Shown here: piece by piece, positions 1-15,390 of the stretch
Layout: each line of letters begins with the position of its first letter
Position numbering within the stretch: position 1 is the stretch's first letter
From: Gemmatimonadota bacterium
GTDB lineage: Bacteria; Gemmatimonadota; Gemmatimonadetes; Gemmatimonadales; Gemmatimonadaceae
Direction: 5' to 3'
Assembly (NCBI GenBank): GCA_031372565.1
Contig: JANMLN010000009.1
Span: 1 to 23,186 of the forward strand
DNA length: 23,186 nt
Notes under the pieces: model-generated
Told to the model about the DNA's origin: nothing
Databases searched by the model: none
The model's input: only the letters and a program-made list of their open reading frames with translations
Translations under genes and position numbers: made by a program

Positions 1-197
1 GGCGAGTCGCCGTAGCCGGTCGGCCCGAGCGGGAGCATCTGCCAGATGGTCAACCCTGACGCGACCATCACGTCAAGGAAGCGATGGGCCGACGCTCCGA
101 GGTCACCGATGCCGTGCGGTCCGGGGAGCGACGTCGGGTGCAGCAGAACCCCCGCCGCTCGCTGCTCCTCGCGCTTCTGGACTGGGTGTGCAGACAT
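1..197 (-). CDS. malQ: 4-alpha-glucanotransferase (amylomaltase, GH77), 5' part only; runs off the window edge
   Basis: Not in the ORF track. Hand translation from ATG at 197 gives MSAHPVQKREEQRAAGVLLHPTSLPGPHGIGDLGASAHRFLDVMVASGLTIWQMLPLGPTGYGDS..., with the GH77 N-terminal motifs G-x-LLHPTSLP and WQxLPLGPTGYGDSP. Confidence 0.92.
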   Translation of the reverse strand, partial: MSAHPVQKREEQRAAGVLLHPTSLPGPHGIGDLGASAHRFLDVMVASGLTIWQMLPLGPTGYGDS

Positions 198-205
198 GTC
201 GGAGG

Positions 206-234
206 ACTATGCCCTCGGGAACGCGCCTGCGCAA
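206..234 (-). promoter_or_regulatory. Putative sigma70-type promoter for malQ (possibly near-leaderless mRNA)
   Basis: Minus strand reads TTGCGC-17 nt-CATAGT, then 8 nt to the ATG; no Shine-Dalgarno sequence is visible. Confidence 0.35.
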
Positions 235-278
235 CGGCGCGCACGCGGCGCTGCCCGCACAACGCCGTCCAACAACCG

Positions 279-851
279 CTATGGCAGCGGTGCGGGAGCG
301 GGTCGCCCGTCCATCATCTTCGTGCCGACGCCGAGCGCCTCGGGCGGCAATCCCATCGCCGCCGCGCGCGTGCTCGGCAGCAGCGCGACGAAGCTCTGCA
401 CCTGCGTGGGCCCGAAGCTGTCGATCGAGATCTGCCCCTTCGTGTCCGGATCGTCCAGCGTGATGCGCCCATCCGCCCAGCGGGTGAGCACGAACGGCTG
501 TTCGGGCGCGATCCCCGCCGAACGACGCTTTCGCGCCATGCTGCGCATGGCGCCGCGCAGGAACTGGTTGGTCTGCGGCGCGATGCGAATGATCGGCTTG
601 TCGGCTGGCGCCTGCGCGTCGTACACGAGAATCGCGCCGTCCTCCGCGTCGATGAAGCGCAGCCAGACGCTCTCGACCGCGGCGTACGGCGCGGAGTCGA
701 ACCGGCCGACGTTGAAGAAACGGGCCGAGATGGCCAGGCCGAACACCATGACCACGAGCGCAATCGCGGCGTACAGAAATGGCGTGGGCGGCGTGAGGTT
801 GGCCATCGCGCTGCTTTCGCCGGGCTCCGGCTCGAAATAGATCTCGCTCAT
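279..851 (-). CDS. puhC: Photosynthetic complex assembly protein PuhC
   Basis: Single N-terminal TM helix; motifs LRFIDAEDGAILV, FLRGAMRSMARKR, PFVLTRWADGRITLDDP and IDSFGPTQ; lies directly after puhB. Confidence 0.9.
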   Translation of the reverse strand: MSEIYFEPEPGESSAMANLTPPTPFLYAAIALVVMVFGLAISARFFNVGRFDSAPYAAVESVWLRFIDAEDGAILVYDAQAPADKPIIRIAPQTNQFLRGAMRSMARKRRSAGIAPEQPFVLTRWADGRITLDDPDTKGQISIDSFGPTQVQSFVALLPSTRAAAMGLPPEALGVGTKMMDGRPAPAPLP

Positions 852-866
852 GGTGCGACTCGGGAG

Positions 867-1529
867 CTAGACAACCGCAGGATCGTGCGCGAGGGCCGAG
901 CGTGGTGTCGCGTCGATGTCGACGTTCGACGAAGGCAGCGGGAGCCCTTCGCGTTCGGCGAATTCATGGACGGCCTGTTGCAGGATCTGTCCGACCTCCT
1001 CCGACTTCGGCAGCGCACGCAAGAGCGGCTGCGGGACCTTGAAGTGCCGCGGACGTGCGTGCGGCCAGAGCGCGAGGAACGCGACCCGGTCACCGGCTTC
1101 GAGGGTCAGCGCGATCTCGCCCGATCCATCCCGGAAGCGCTTGAGTGCAGCCGACTCGATCACCTTGAGCGGCACATTGATCGTCATCGGAAACGCGATC
1201 CCGGTGTGCACGACGACACGACGGTCGGTGATCGCGTACACGCTGGTCCGTGCGACCAGCCAGGAGAGCAGGTAGATGGCCACCACGACGATGCCGGCGA
1301 GCGCGAGCTGCGCCGTGAACATCGTGATCCATTGTGCCTTGGCCAGCTCGCCGGCGTAGCGGACGCTCCAGAGCGCCACGATGACGAGGAAATACACGAG
1401 GACGGCGCGCACGTGAAAGGCATGCACGGCCAGCAGCGCCGCACGCGGCCGCCCTTGCCAACGCACCCGCTCTCCATCGGGGAGCGGGTGTTCGATCCCG
1501 TCGATCCGTTCGGCGACCTTCGGGTTCAC
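867..1529 (-). CDS. puhB: Photosynthetic complex assembly protein PuhB
   Basis: LPDGERVRWQGRP, AFHVR..YF, two TM helices, YAITDRRVVVHTGIAFPMTINVP, LWPHARP and PLLRAL; GTG start overlaps the upstream TGA (GTGA). Confidence 0.92.
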   Translation of the reverse strand: MNPKVAERIDGIEHPLPDGERVRWQGRPRAALLAVHAFHVRAVLVYFLVIVALWSVRYAGELAKAQWITMFTAQLALAGIVVVAIYLLSWLVARTSVYAITDRRVVVHTGIAFPMTINVPLKVIESAALKRFRDGSGEIALTLEAGDRVAFLALWPHARPRHFKVPQPLLRALPKSEEVGQILQQAVHEFAEREGLPLPSSNVDIDATPRSALAHDPAVV

Positions 1530-2068
1530 AGCAGCGGCTGGCTACGGTTCGGCGTCGCGTACAGATGACCGCCCGCGTAATACGCCATGACCTTGTCTTC
1601 TTCGAGCAGCGTGATCTGGGCGTCGCTCTTGGTGGTGGGCACCTGATCGAACTGTGCGGCGGTGATGCTCTTCACGCGCACGTGATCCAGGTTGAAGAGT
1701 CCCAGGTTGGGCCACTGCACGAGCGCCGTCGGCACGAGGCGCGAGCCATGGCCCGACGCGAGCTTGACCTGGTAATACCGAACCTGCGGCTCGGACTGAT
1801 CGACCCACACATCTTCGATCGTCCCGGCGACGACGCCGTCCGCCGCCTTCACGGGCAAGCCGCGCGGATCGGGATCACCCTTGGCGATCGAGTAGCCGGC
1901 GACCTTGCCCATCGGGACGATCTTTGGCTTGCCGCGCACCGTCATGTCGGGAACATCCGCGCGCTCCGCCCACGCCGCCGGCCCGACGCCGTCGACCATC
2001 GGGTTACCGGTCGGAACCATCGGAGAGCCGAAAGAACGGTCGGCCGGCCGTGCCTTGAGTTCAGCCAT
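1526..2068 (-). CDS. puhA: Reaction centre H subunit, cytoplasmic PRC-barrel part (Hc/H2)
   Basis: PTGNPMVDGVGPAAWAERADVPD, GDPDPRGLPV..ADG..AG.I.DVWVD..E...RY, QFDQVP and ITLLEEDKVMAYYAGG.LYA; own GGAGG at 2079-2083. Confidence 0.95.
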   Translation of the reverse strand: MAELKARPADRSFGSPMVPTGNPMVDGVGPAAWAERADVPDMTVRGKPKIVPMGKVAGYSIAKGDPDPRGLPVKAADGVVAGTIEDVWVDQSEPQVRYYQVKLASGHGSRLVPTALVQWPNLGLFNLDHVRVKSITAAQFDQVPTTKSDAQITLLEEDKVMAYYAGGHLYATPNRSQPLL

Positions 2069-2268
2069 TAGTGCGAATCCTCCACGTTGTGCGTGCCATG
2101 CAGGAACGTCTTCTTCTCGGGCATGCGGGGGAACCCTTCACGCGGACCCTTGTCCGTCTCCAGCGGATACCCTTCGCGCTTGTCTTCCTTTCGCAGATAA
2201 ATGATCAGCGAAAAGAAAAAGATCCAGAACGCGTACACCATGATCTGCGCGCCATCGAAGTACCCCAT
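2068..2268 (-). CDS. puhA: Reaction centre H subunit, N-terminal transmembrane part (Ht/H1), 66 aa
   Basis: [34 protein letters not shown] matches the H-subunit TM helix and REGYPL motif; strong GAGGAGG RBS at 2274-2280. Confidence 0.93.
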   Translation of the reverse strand: MGYFDGAQIMVYAFWIFFFSLIIYLRKEDKREGYPLETDKGPREGFPRMPEKKTFLHGTHNVEDSH

Positions 2269-2301
2269 GAAATCCTCCTCGGGTGGGAAGAACGAAAACC
2301 G

Positions 2302-3804
2302 TCAGGTCGGTAGGTCAACGAGGCCGAACTTCCGGGCTTCCCGGGTGTCGGTCGCGTCGGTGCGGGTCGAACGAAGCAACACGAGCAGGACGGCCGCCGT
2401 CAGCAGTAGCGCGACCCACTCCAGATGATACACAATGTTGTAGGGAATCGCGGCCGACGTCCACCCGTCGGGGAGCCGTCCCGCCGCCTGCAGGCCGACC
2501 ATGGCGTCGCGGATGGCGCCACTGGACGCCAGCCCGATCCCCTCACTGGTGGCGAAGACCGCCCCCCAGGCACCAAGGGCGATGCCATGCTCCGCTTTGT
2601 CCTTGAGTCCCATCGCGGCGCAGAGCGTCCCCACGCCGAACAGCCCCTCGCCGAAGCCGATGCCCATCGTGCCCATGCGAAAGAACGCCACACCGCCAAC
2701 GTGTGACGACGCGATCACGAGCAGGAATGCGAGCGCCCCGGCCACGCAGCCGAGCAGGGCCACGCGGAGCGGCGCCCAACCCAGTTCCAGCAACTGCGAC
2801 GAGATGGTGAACGCGAGCAGCGCCCCGACAGCCATGATGCCCGTGAGCATCGTCGTCTGCGACACGCTGAGATGCAGGATCTCGCCGCCATACGGCTCGA
2901 GCAGGACGTCCTGCATGTTGAAAGCGAAGAAACCGAGTCCCACCGCCGTGAGCAGACGAACCGCCTGCCCCCCCTCCGCAAAAACGCGCCATGCCTCGCG
3001 GAAGACGGGGCGGCGCTCCCCCTTGGCGTACTCCTTCATGCCACGCTCTCGAGCTTCCTGTTTCCACAGGGCGATCATGTTGACCGCGAACGTCACCACC
3101 GCCGCCCCCTGAATGACCTGAATGAGGCGCAGGTGCGAGTACTCGTGCAGGAGGCCACCGAGCAGGAAGGCGCTGATCACCGTCCCGACGATCAGCATCA
3201 GGTACATGAGCGCGACCACGCGCGGACGCTGGTCTTCCGGCGCGAGGTCGGTCGCGAGCGCCAAGCCGGCCGTCTGGACCGTGTGCACGCCAGCGCCCAC
3301 CAGGAAAAACGACAGCACCGAGAGGACATACGCGATGGCGCGCCGCCCCCACATCTGGTCACCGGAGAGGATGATCAGCGCGAAGGGCATGATGGCGAGC
3401 CCCGAGAACTGGAGCATCGACCCGAACCAGATGAAGGGCACGCGCTTCCAGCCCAGCACGGACCGATGCGTGTCCGACTTGAAGCCCACGAGCGCGCGGA
3501 ACGGCGCGAACAACATCGGGATCGCGATCATCACGGAGACCAGTGTCGCCGACAGGTGCAGTTCCACGATCATCACGCGATTGAGCGTGCCGAAGAAGAG
3601 CGCCTGCACCATGCCGACCGTGACCTGAAACAACGACAGCCGCAGGAACCGGGTGAGTGGAACCCCCGCCGTCCCGATGTCGGCGAAGGGCAGGAACCGG
3701 GTGCTCACCCCCATCCACACCCGCGTCGCCGGCGACGGCAGCCGCGCCGCCGCGGCCTGCGCCTCGGCGGTGAGCGCAGGCGTCTGTTCCGCGATCGTCC
3801 CCAT
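2302..3804 (-). CDS. lhaA: LH1 assembly protein LhaA (BCD/PucC-family MFS), about 500 aa
   Basis: RFLPFAD, RLSLFQVTVGM...L..GTLNRVMIVEL, APFRALVGFKSD, QTAGLALATDLAP...RPRVV, MQDVLLEPYGG and GAWGAV; upstream of puhA. Start trimmed to ATG 3804 because the longer ORF overlaps acsF. Confidence 0.92.
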   Translation of the reverse strand: MGTIAEQTPALTAEAQAAAARLPSPATRVWMGVSTRFLPFADIGTAGVPLTRFLRLSLFQVTVGMVQALFFGTLNRVMIVELHLSATLVSVMIAIPMLFAPFRALVGFKSDTHRSVLGWKRVPFIWFGSMLQFSGLAIMPFALIILSGDQMWGRRAIAYVLSVLSFFLVGAGVHTVQTAGLALATDLAPEDQRPRVVALMYLMLIVGTVISAFLLGGLLHEYSHLRLIQVIQGAAVVTFAVNMIALWKQEARERGMKEYAKGERRPVFREAWRVFAEGGQAVRLLTAVGLGFFAFNMQDVLLEPYGGEILHLSVSQTTMLTGIMAVGALLAFTISSQLLELGWAPLRVALLGCVAGALAFLLVIASSHVGGVAFFRMGTMGIGFGEGLFGVGTLCAAMGLKDKAEHGIALGAWGAVFATSEGIGLASSGAIRDAMVGLQAAGRLPDGWTSAAIPYNIVYHLEWVALLLTAAVLLVLLRSTRTDATDTREARKFGLVDLPT

Positions 3805-3815
3805 CGACCCTTGAC

Positions 3816-4880
3816 TCACCAGACCGGCTGCAGGCGGACGTCCGCCGGCAAGGGCTTCTCGACCGGACGCATCAGGAAGAGCTTCACGAAGGTCAGCCCG
3901 TTGGCCACCATCAGCGCCTTGGCCTTGATCGTGTTGCCGAGGCCACCCGCCTTCTCGGCCGCATGGATGGCCATCGTGTTCTCGTACATCTCCTGCATCA
4001 GCTCCCACAGGCGCGGGTTGTCGGTATCCACCGTCACCGGGAAGCACTGACGCGAAATCTCGTTGGTCAACTTGATGACGCGCCGGTCGAAGTCATCGAC
4101 ATCGATCCCCATCTGCGCGAAGAAATCGCGCCGCATGTGATCGCGCACGTACATCGTGGCGAACACCGCCAGCAGGAAGAAGCGGATCCAGAGCCGGTTC
4201 TTCCCCTCGAGGAACTGCGGGTTCGCTCGCATCAGCACCGCGAAGGCCTCGCCGTGGCGGAACTCGTCGTTGCACCAGTTCTCGAACCACTTGAAGATCG
4301 GGTGGAAGCGCTTGTCGGGCTGCTTCTCGAAGTTGCGGTAGATCGTGATGTAGCGGGCGTACCCGATCTTCTCGCTCAGGTACGTGGCGTAATAGATGAA
4401 CTTGGGCTGGAAGTACGTGTACTTCTTGGCCTTGGTCAGGAACGACAGGTCGACCGCCACGTCGAAGTCGTTCAGCGTGTGGTTGATGAACCCGGCGTGG
4501 CGACCCTCGTCGCGGCTCATGAAGCCGAACAGTTCGCGCACGTCGGGATTCTTGACGCGCTTCTTGATCTCGGCGTACAGGATGCACCCCGAGAACTCGG
4601 CCGTCACCGAGCTCACGAGGAAATCGATGAACTGCTCGCGCAGCGCCGGATCCCAGTGCTCGAACGCCGCGTCGAACTCCTCGTTGCGCTTGAAGTGATC
4701 CTTGTTCGGGTCGCGGCGGAACTCCGCCACCAACTCGTCCCACTGCAGGCGCATCCGGCTCACGTCCAGCCGGTCCATCTCGGCAAAGTCGGTCGTGTAG
4801 AAGCGCGGATTGAGGGTCGCGTCCTGCTGTGCCGCCCGCGTCGACTCGTTCACCGGCGCCTTGGTCGCTGTATCGTACAT
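3816..4880 (-). CDS. acsF: O2-dependent Mg-protoporphyrin IX monomethyl ester cyclase
   Basis: LNPRFYTTDF, di-iron ligands AEFSG / DEGRHAGF / YLSEKIGYARY / WCNDEFRHGE, and C-terminal VRLQPVW; ATG 4880 preceded by GAGGG. Confidence 0.97.
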   Translation of the reverse strand: MYDTATKAPVNESTRAAQQDATLNPRFYTTDFAEMDRLDVSRMRLQWDELVAEFRRDPNKDHFKRNEEFDAAFEHWDPALREQFIDFLVSSVTAEFSGCILYAEIKKRVKNPDVRELFGFMSRDEGRHAGFINHTLNDFDVAVDLSFLTKAKKYTYFQPKFIYYATYLSEKIGYARYITIYRNFEKQPDKRFHPIFKWFENWCNDEFRHGEAFAVLMRANPQFLEGKNRLWIRFFLLAVFATMYVRDHMRRDFFAQMGIDVDDFDRRVIKLTNEISRQCFPVTVDTDNPRLWELMQEMYENTMAIHAAEKAGGLGNTIKAKALMVANGLTFVKLFLMRPVEKPLPADVRLQPVW

Positions 4881-4882
4881 GG

Positions 4883-5217
4883 CTAGCCCTCGAAGCCCAC
4901 TTCGTAAAGTCCCGTGATCTCGGACGTCCCGATCATGCGCTGCAGCAGCCGCCGCGGCCACGAGGCCTGATGCACGGTGGCGCGCGACGCGAGCGTGCGC
5001 ACTTCGCCGAACGCGATCTTGTTCGGCGCCGAGTGGACGATCACCTCGTCCCCTTCATTGACTTCCACCCCATCCAGCGAGACGTGGGCGTGGAAGCTGT
5101 CATGCGTCGACTCCAGGTCGATGACGCACGCGACCTCGACGCGGCGGCGCCAGACCAGCCACGCTCCCAACACCAGGACCGCGGCCACGACCACGACCGC
5201 CACAACGGATGGCTCGC

Positions 5218-5221
<4 letters not shown>
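4883..5221 (-). CDS. BciE-like cyclase accessory protein with an N-terminal hydrophobic anchor, 112 aa
   Basis: GTG start overlapping the bchM TGA, with GGAGG 6 nt upstream. The core C-x-I/V...S.HAHV....V..GDEV.VH.AP...FGE......AT...AS...RL..R..G resembles the small ORF (bciE) that precedes acsF in Alphaproteobacteria (recalled, not aligned). Confidence 0.75.
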
Positions 5222-10720
<5,499 letters not shown>

Positions 10721-10731
<11 letters not shown>

Positions 10732-12466
10732 AGTGCGCCTTCGCCTCGTACAGGGTGTCGACCGTGATCGACGTGATGCCCATCTCGACGGCATACCGCT
10801 CGGTGTTCTTGCGCGCCTTGTTGCGCACGAAGAACGGGATCTTCTTCAGCTCGGCCTCACCGCTCGGCGCCCAGACGATGGCGCCCGGTGCAGCAGCGGT
10901 GGCGGTCGCGGCGGCGGTCGAGGCGGGCAACGAAGCCGGCATCGGATCGGAGGCTGGCGTGTCCGGCAGCGGCGTTGATGGCGTCGCGTGCGAGTCCGGC
11001 GCTGCCCGTGGCGCGTCCGACCCCGTCGTCGGCGACTCCTCGCGCGTCGCACCCGGCGCCTTCGGATGCAGGTGGCTGGGGGATGCCTCGCCACCGAACT
11101 CGAAGTCCTCGCGGAACATCACCAGCAGATGCTCCTCGAGTCCCATCATGAGCGGATGCACCCACGTGTCAAAGATGACGTTCGCCCCTTCCCACCCCAT
11201 CTGGGGCGAGTGGCGCGCGGGCACGTCCTGCACGTGGATCGGCGTCGAAATCACGGCGCACGGCACGCCAATCCGCTTGGCGATGTGCCGTTCCATCTGC
11301 GTGCCGAGCACGAGTTCGGGCGCGGCCTCCGTGATCTTCGCCTCGACATCGAGGTAGTCGTCGGAGATCACCGCCTCGAGCCCGTACCGCTTGGCGGCCT
11401 CGCGCACCTCGCGCGCGAATTCGCGACTGTACGTGCCCAGGCCCACGAGCGTGAAGCCGAGTTCCTCGGTGGCAATGCGCGCCGCGGCGAGCGCGTGCGT
11501 CGCGTCGCCGAACACGAACACCCGCTTCCCGGTGAGGTAGGTCGAGTCGACGGAACGCGAGTACCACGGAAGACGGCTTGCCCCCTCCGCTCCCGAGCGC
11601 ACGATGGCGTCATGCGACCACTGGTCGCTCGAACCGGTCCGCGCCTCGTCCAGCGCGTGTGCGACATCGATGCCGGCCACCACACCGACCTCGGCGATGA
11701 AATCGCGCGTGGCACCAACGCCGATCGGCACGGCACGCACCACGGGCATGCCGAACGTGCGTGTCAGCCAGGTGCAGGTGGTGAGTCCGACTTCGGGATA
11801 GAGGCAGATGTTGAAGTCCGCCTCGGGCATGCGCACGATGTCCTCGGGCGTTGCGCCCAGCGGGACCACGGTGTGCACGTCCACGCCGATCGTCGAGAGC
11901 AGGCGGGTGACCTCGCGCACATCGTCGCGGGTGCGGAAGCCGAGTGCCGAGGGCCCGATGAGGTTCGCGCGCGGCCGCCGATCGGCGGGACGCGGCGCGC
12001 GCGCGGTGCCCGGCGGCGGCGCCGTCGGCAGGAGCAGCGTACGCACGAGGTGATACAGCGTCTCGCTCGCGCCCCAGTTCTCCTTCTTCGAGTAGGCGGG
12101 CAACTCGAGCGGCACGATCGGCACGGGGAGATTCATCCCCATGGCGAGCGACCCCGGCTGATCCTGAATCAGCTCGGCGGTGCACGACTCGCCGACCAGC
12201 ATCGCCCGGGGCTTGAACCGCTCGTAGGCCTCGCGCACGGCGGTCTTGACCAACTCGGCCGTGTCGCCCCCGAGGTCACGCGCCTGGAAGGTGGTGTACG
12301 TGACCGGCGGGCGCTTGTCGCGCCGCTCGATCATCGTGAAGAGCAGATCGGCGTACGTGTCGCCCTGCGGGGCGTGCAGCACGTAGTGCACCCCTTCCAT
12401 GGACGTGGCGATCCGCATGGCGCCGACGTGCGGCGGTCCTTCGTACGTCCAGAGGGTGAGTTGCAT
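10721..12466 (-). CDS. bchB: Dark-operative protochlorophyllide reductase subunit B
   Basis: [63 protein letters not shown] and C-terminal KIPFFVR.KAR.NTE domain. Confidence 0.98.
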
Positions 12467-12469
12467 GCG

Positions 12470-14280
<1,811 letters not shown>

Positions 14281-14342
14281 CAGGGGACGTGGCAAAGGGT
14301 GTGGCCCCCGCGTGTGCGGAGACCCTCGTAAACCGGATGGCT

Positions 14343-14371
14343 AGCATACGGATGGTTACAGAGGGTGTCAA
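14343..14371 (-). promoter_or_regulatory. sigma70-type promoter of the bchF...puhC arm
   Basis: Minus strand reads TTGACA (14371-14366), a 17-nt spacer, then TATGCT (14348-14343). Confidence 0.8.
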
Positions 14372-14399
14372 GCAGTTCTGACGTCACCTCAGGTTGACA
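14366..14399. promoter_or_regulatory. Two overlapping PpsR/CrtJ-type operators forming a 34-bp dyad
   Basis: TGTCAAGCAGTTCTGACG (14366-14383) and CGTCACCTCAGGTTGACA (14382-14399) each match TGTCA-N8-TGACA with one mismatch; ppsR is encoded about 1 kb away. Confidence 0.7.
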
Positions 14400-14422
14400 A
14401 TCCCTCGGTCTGTAGGGATTAT
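14394..14422 (+). promoter_or_regulatory. sigma70-type promoter of the aerR-ppsR-bchG arm
   Basis: TTGACA (14394-14399), a 17-nt spacer, then GATTAT (14417-14422). Confidence 0.65.
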
Positions 14423-14534
14423 TGCGACTTGCAGTGCGTTCGAGCCATTTGAACGGCCTGCGCGACTCGGCCCGATCCGTCTCGACCCGCGTGGGAGTAC
14501 CGTTCTGCCCGTCTCCGGTCGTGGAGAGCACGTC

Positions 14535-15365
14535 ATGACATCACGTTCGCATGCCCGCGACGAAGCGGCACCCGAGGCCGAGCCGCTCGATGCGGAACTC
14601 GGCCGCACGATAGAGCACGTGCTGCTGCCGCGCTTGCTGCTGGCCCACCGGCTTCCCGTGCAGATCGAGCCGCCGGTTGCGGTCGTCGGCACCCCCATCA
14701 CGCCAGCCGACGTCGAGGGGTTCGCCGCCGATCTCCTGTCCGCCGACGAAGGGGCCGCTGCGGCGCGCGTCCGGGCACTCCTGGCGGGTGGCTCCACGGC
14801 GGAGGCCATCATGCTGGACCTGCTGTCGCCGACGGCGCGCCAGATGGGTGACCTGTGGGACCAGGACGTCTGTGACTTCGTGGCGGTGACCGTGGCGCTG
14901 GGCCGCATCCAGCGCTCTGTGCACGAGCTGAGCGGCGTGCGCGCCTTCCGGGGGACCGGAGTCGACCGCCCGATGGTTGGCAAGGTGTTGCTGGCCTGCG
15001 CCGAGGGCGACCAGCACCTGCTCGGACTGCTGATCGCGGCCGAGTTTTTCGCGCGCGATGAATGGGAGGTCGTGCTCGGCCCCCCGGTGTCGCAGCGGCA
15101 GCCCGCGGCCGAAGTCCAGCACGACCACTTCGACATTGTCGGCTTCTCGGTGGGATCGGACCGGCGGCTCGATGAACTCGCCGCGACGATCGCCGAGCTG
15201 CGGCGCGTCTCCTCCAACCCGGCGATCAAGGTGATCGTCGGGGGGCCTTGGATCGATCAGCAGCCGGACTGCTGGCAGCAGATCGGCGCCGATGCCGCTT
15301 CAACGGATGCGCGCGAGGCCCCGCGGGTGGCGCGCGGCCTGTTGCCGACCTCCGTCGGCTCCTGA
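14535..15365 (+). CDS. aerR: Cobalamin-binding antirepressor/photoreceptor AerR (PpaA family), 276 aa
   Basis: LL.P.AR.MG.LWDQD.CDF..VT, B12-binding-type motif GDQHLLG, VGFS and VIVGG; directly upstream of ppsR and divergent from bchF; GGAGAG RBS before ATG 14535. Confidence 0.88.
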   Translation: MTSRSHARDEAAPEAEPLDAELGRTIEHVLLPRLLLAHRLPVQIEPPVAVVGTPITPADVEGFAADLLSADEGAAAARVRALLAGGSTAEAIMLDLLSPTARQMGDLWDQDVCDFVAVTVALGRIQRSVHELSGVRAFRGTGVDRPMVGKVLLACAEGDQHLLGLLIAAEFFARDEWEVVLGPPVSQRQPAAEVQHDHFDIVGFSVGSDRRLDELAATIAELRRVSSNPAIKVIVGGPWIDQQPDCWQQIGADAASTDAREAPRVARGLLPTSVGS

Positions 15366-15390
15366 GACGCGCGAGGCGCACATCCCCATC

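Noticed and set aside
46..1568. Plus-strand ORFs of 264 and 494 aa
   Set aside because: Lie antisense to malQ, puhC and puhB, which have clear family motifs.
2060..2075. puhA as a frameshifted pseudogene
   Set aside because: The TAATG coupling and a dedicated GGAGG for the second ORF indicate an evolved split.
14343..14360. Third PpsR box over the bchF -10 element (AGC-N12-ACA)
   Set aside because: Only one good half-site; too degenerate to call without binding data.
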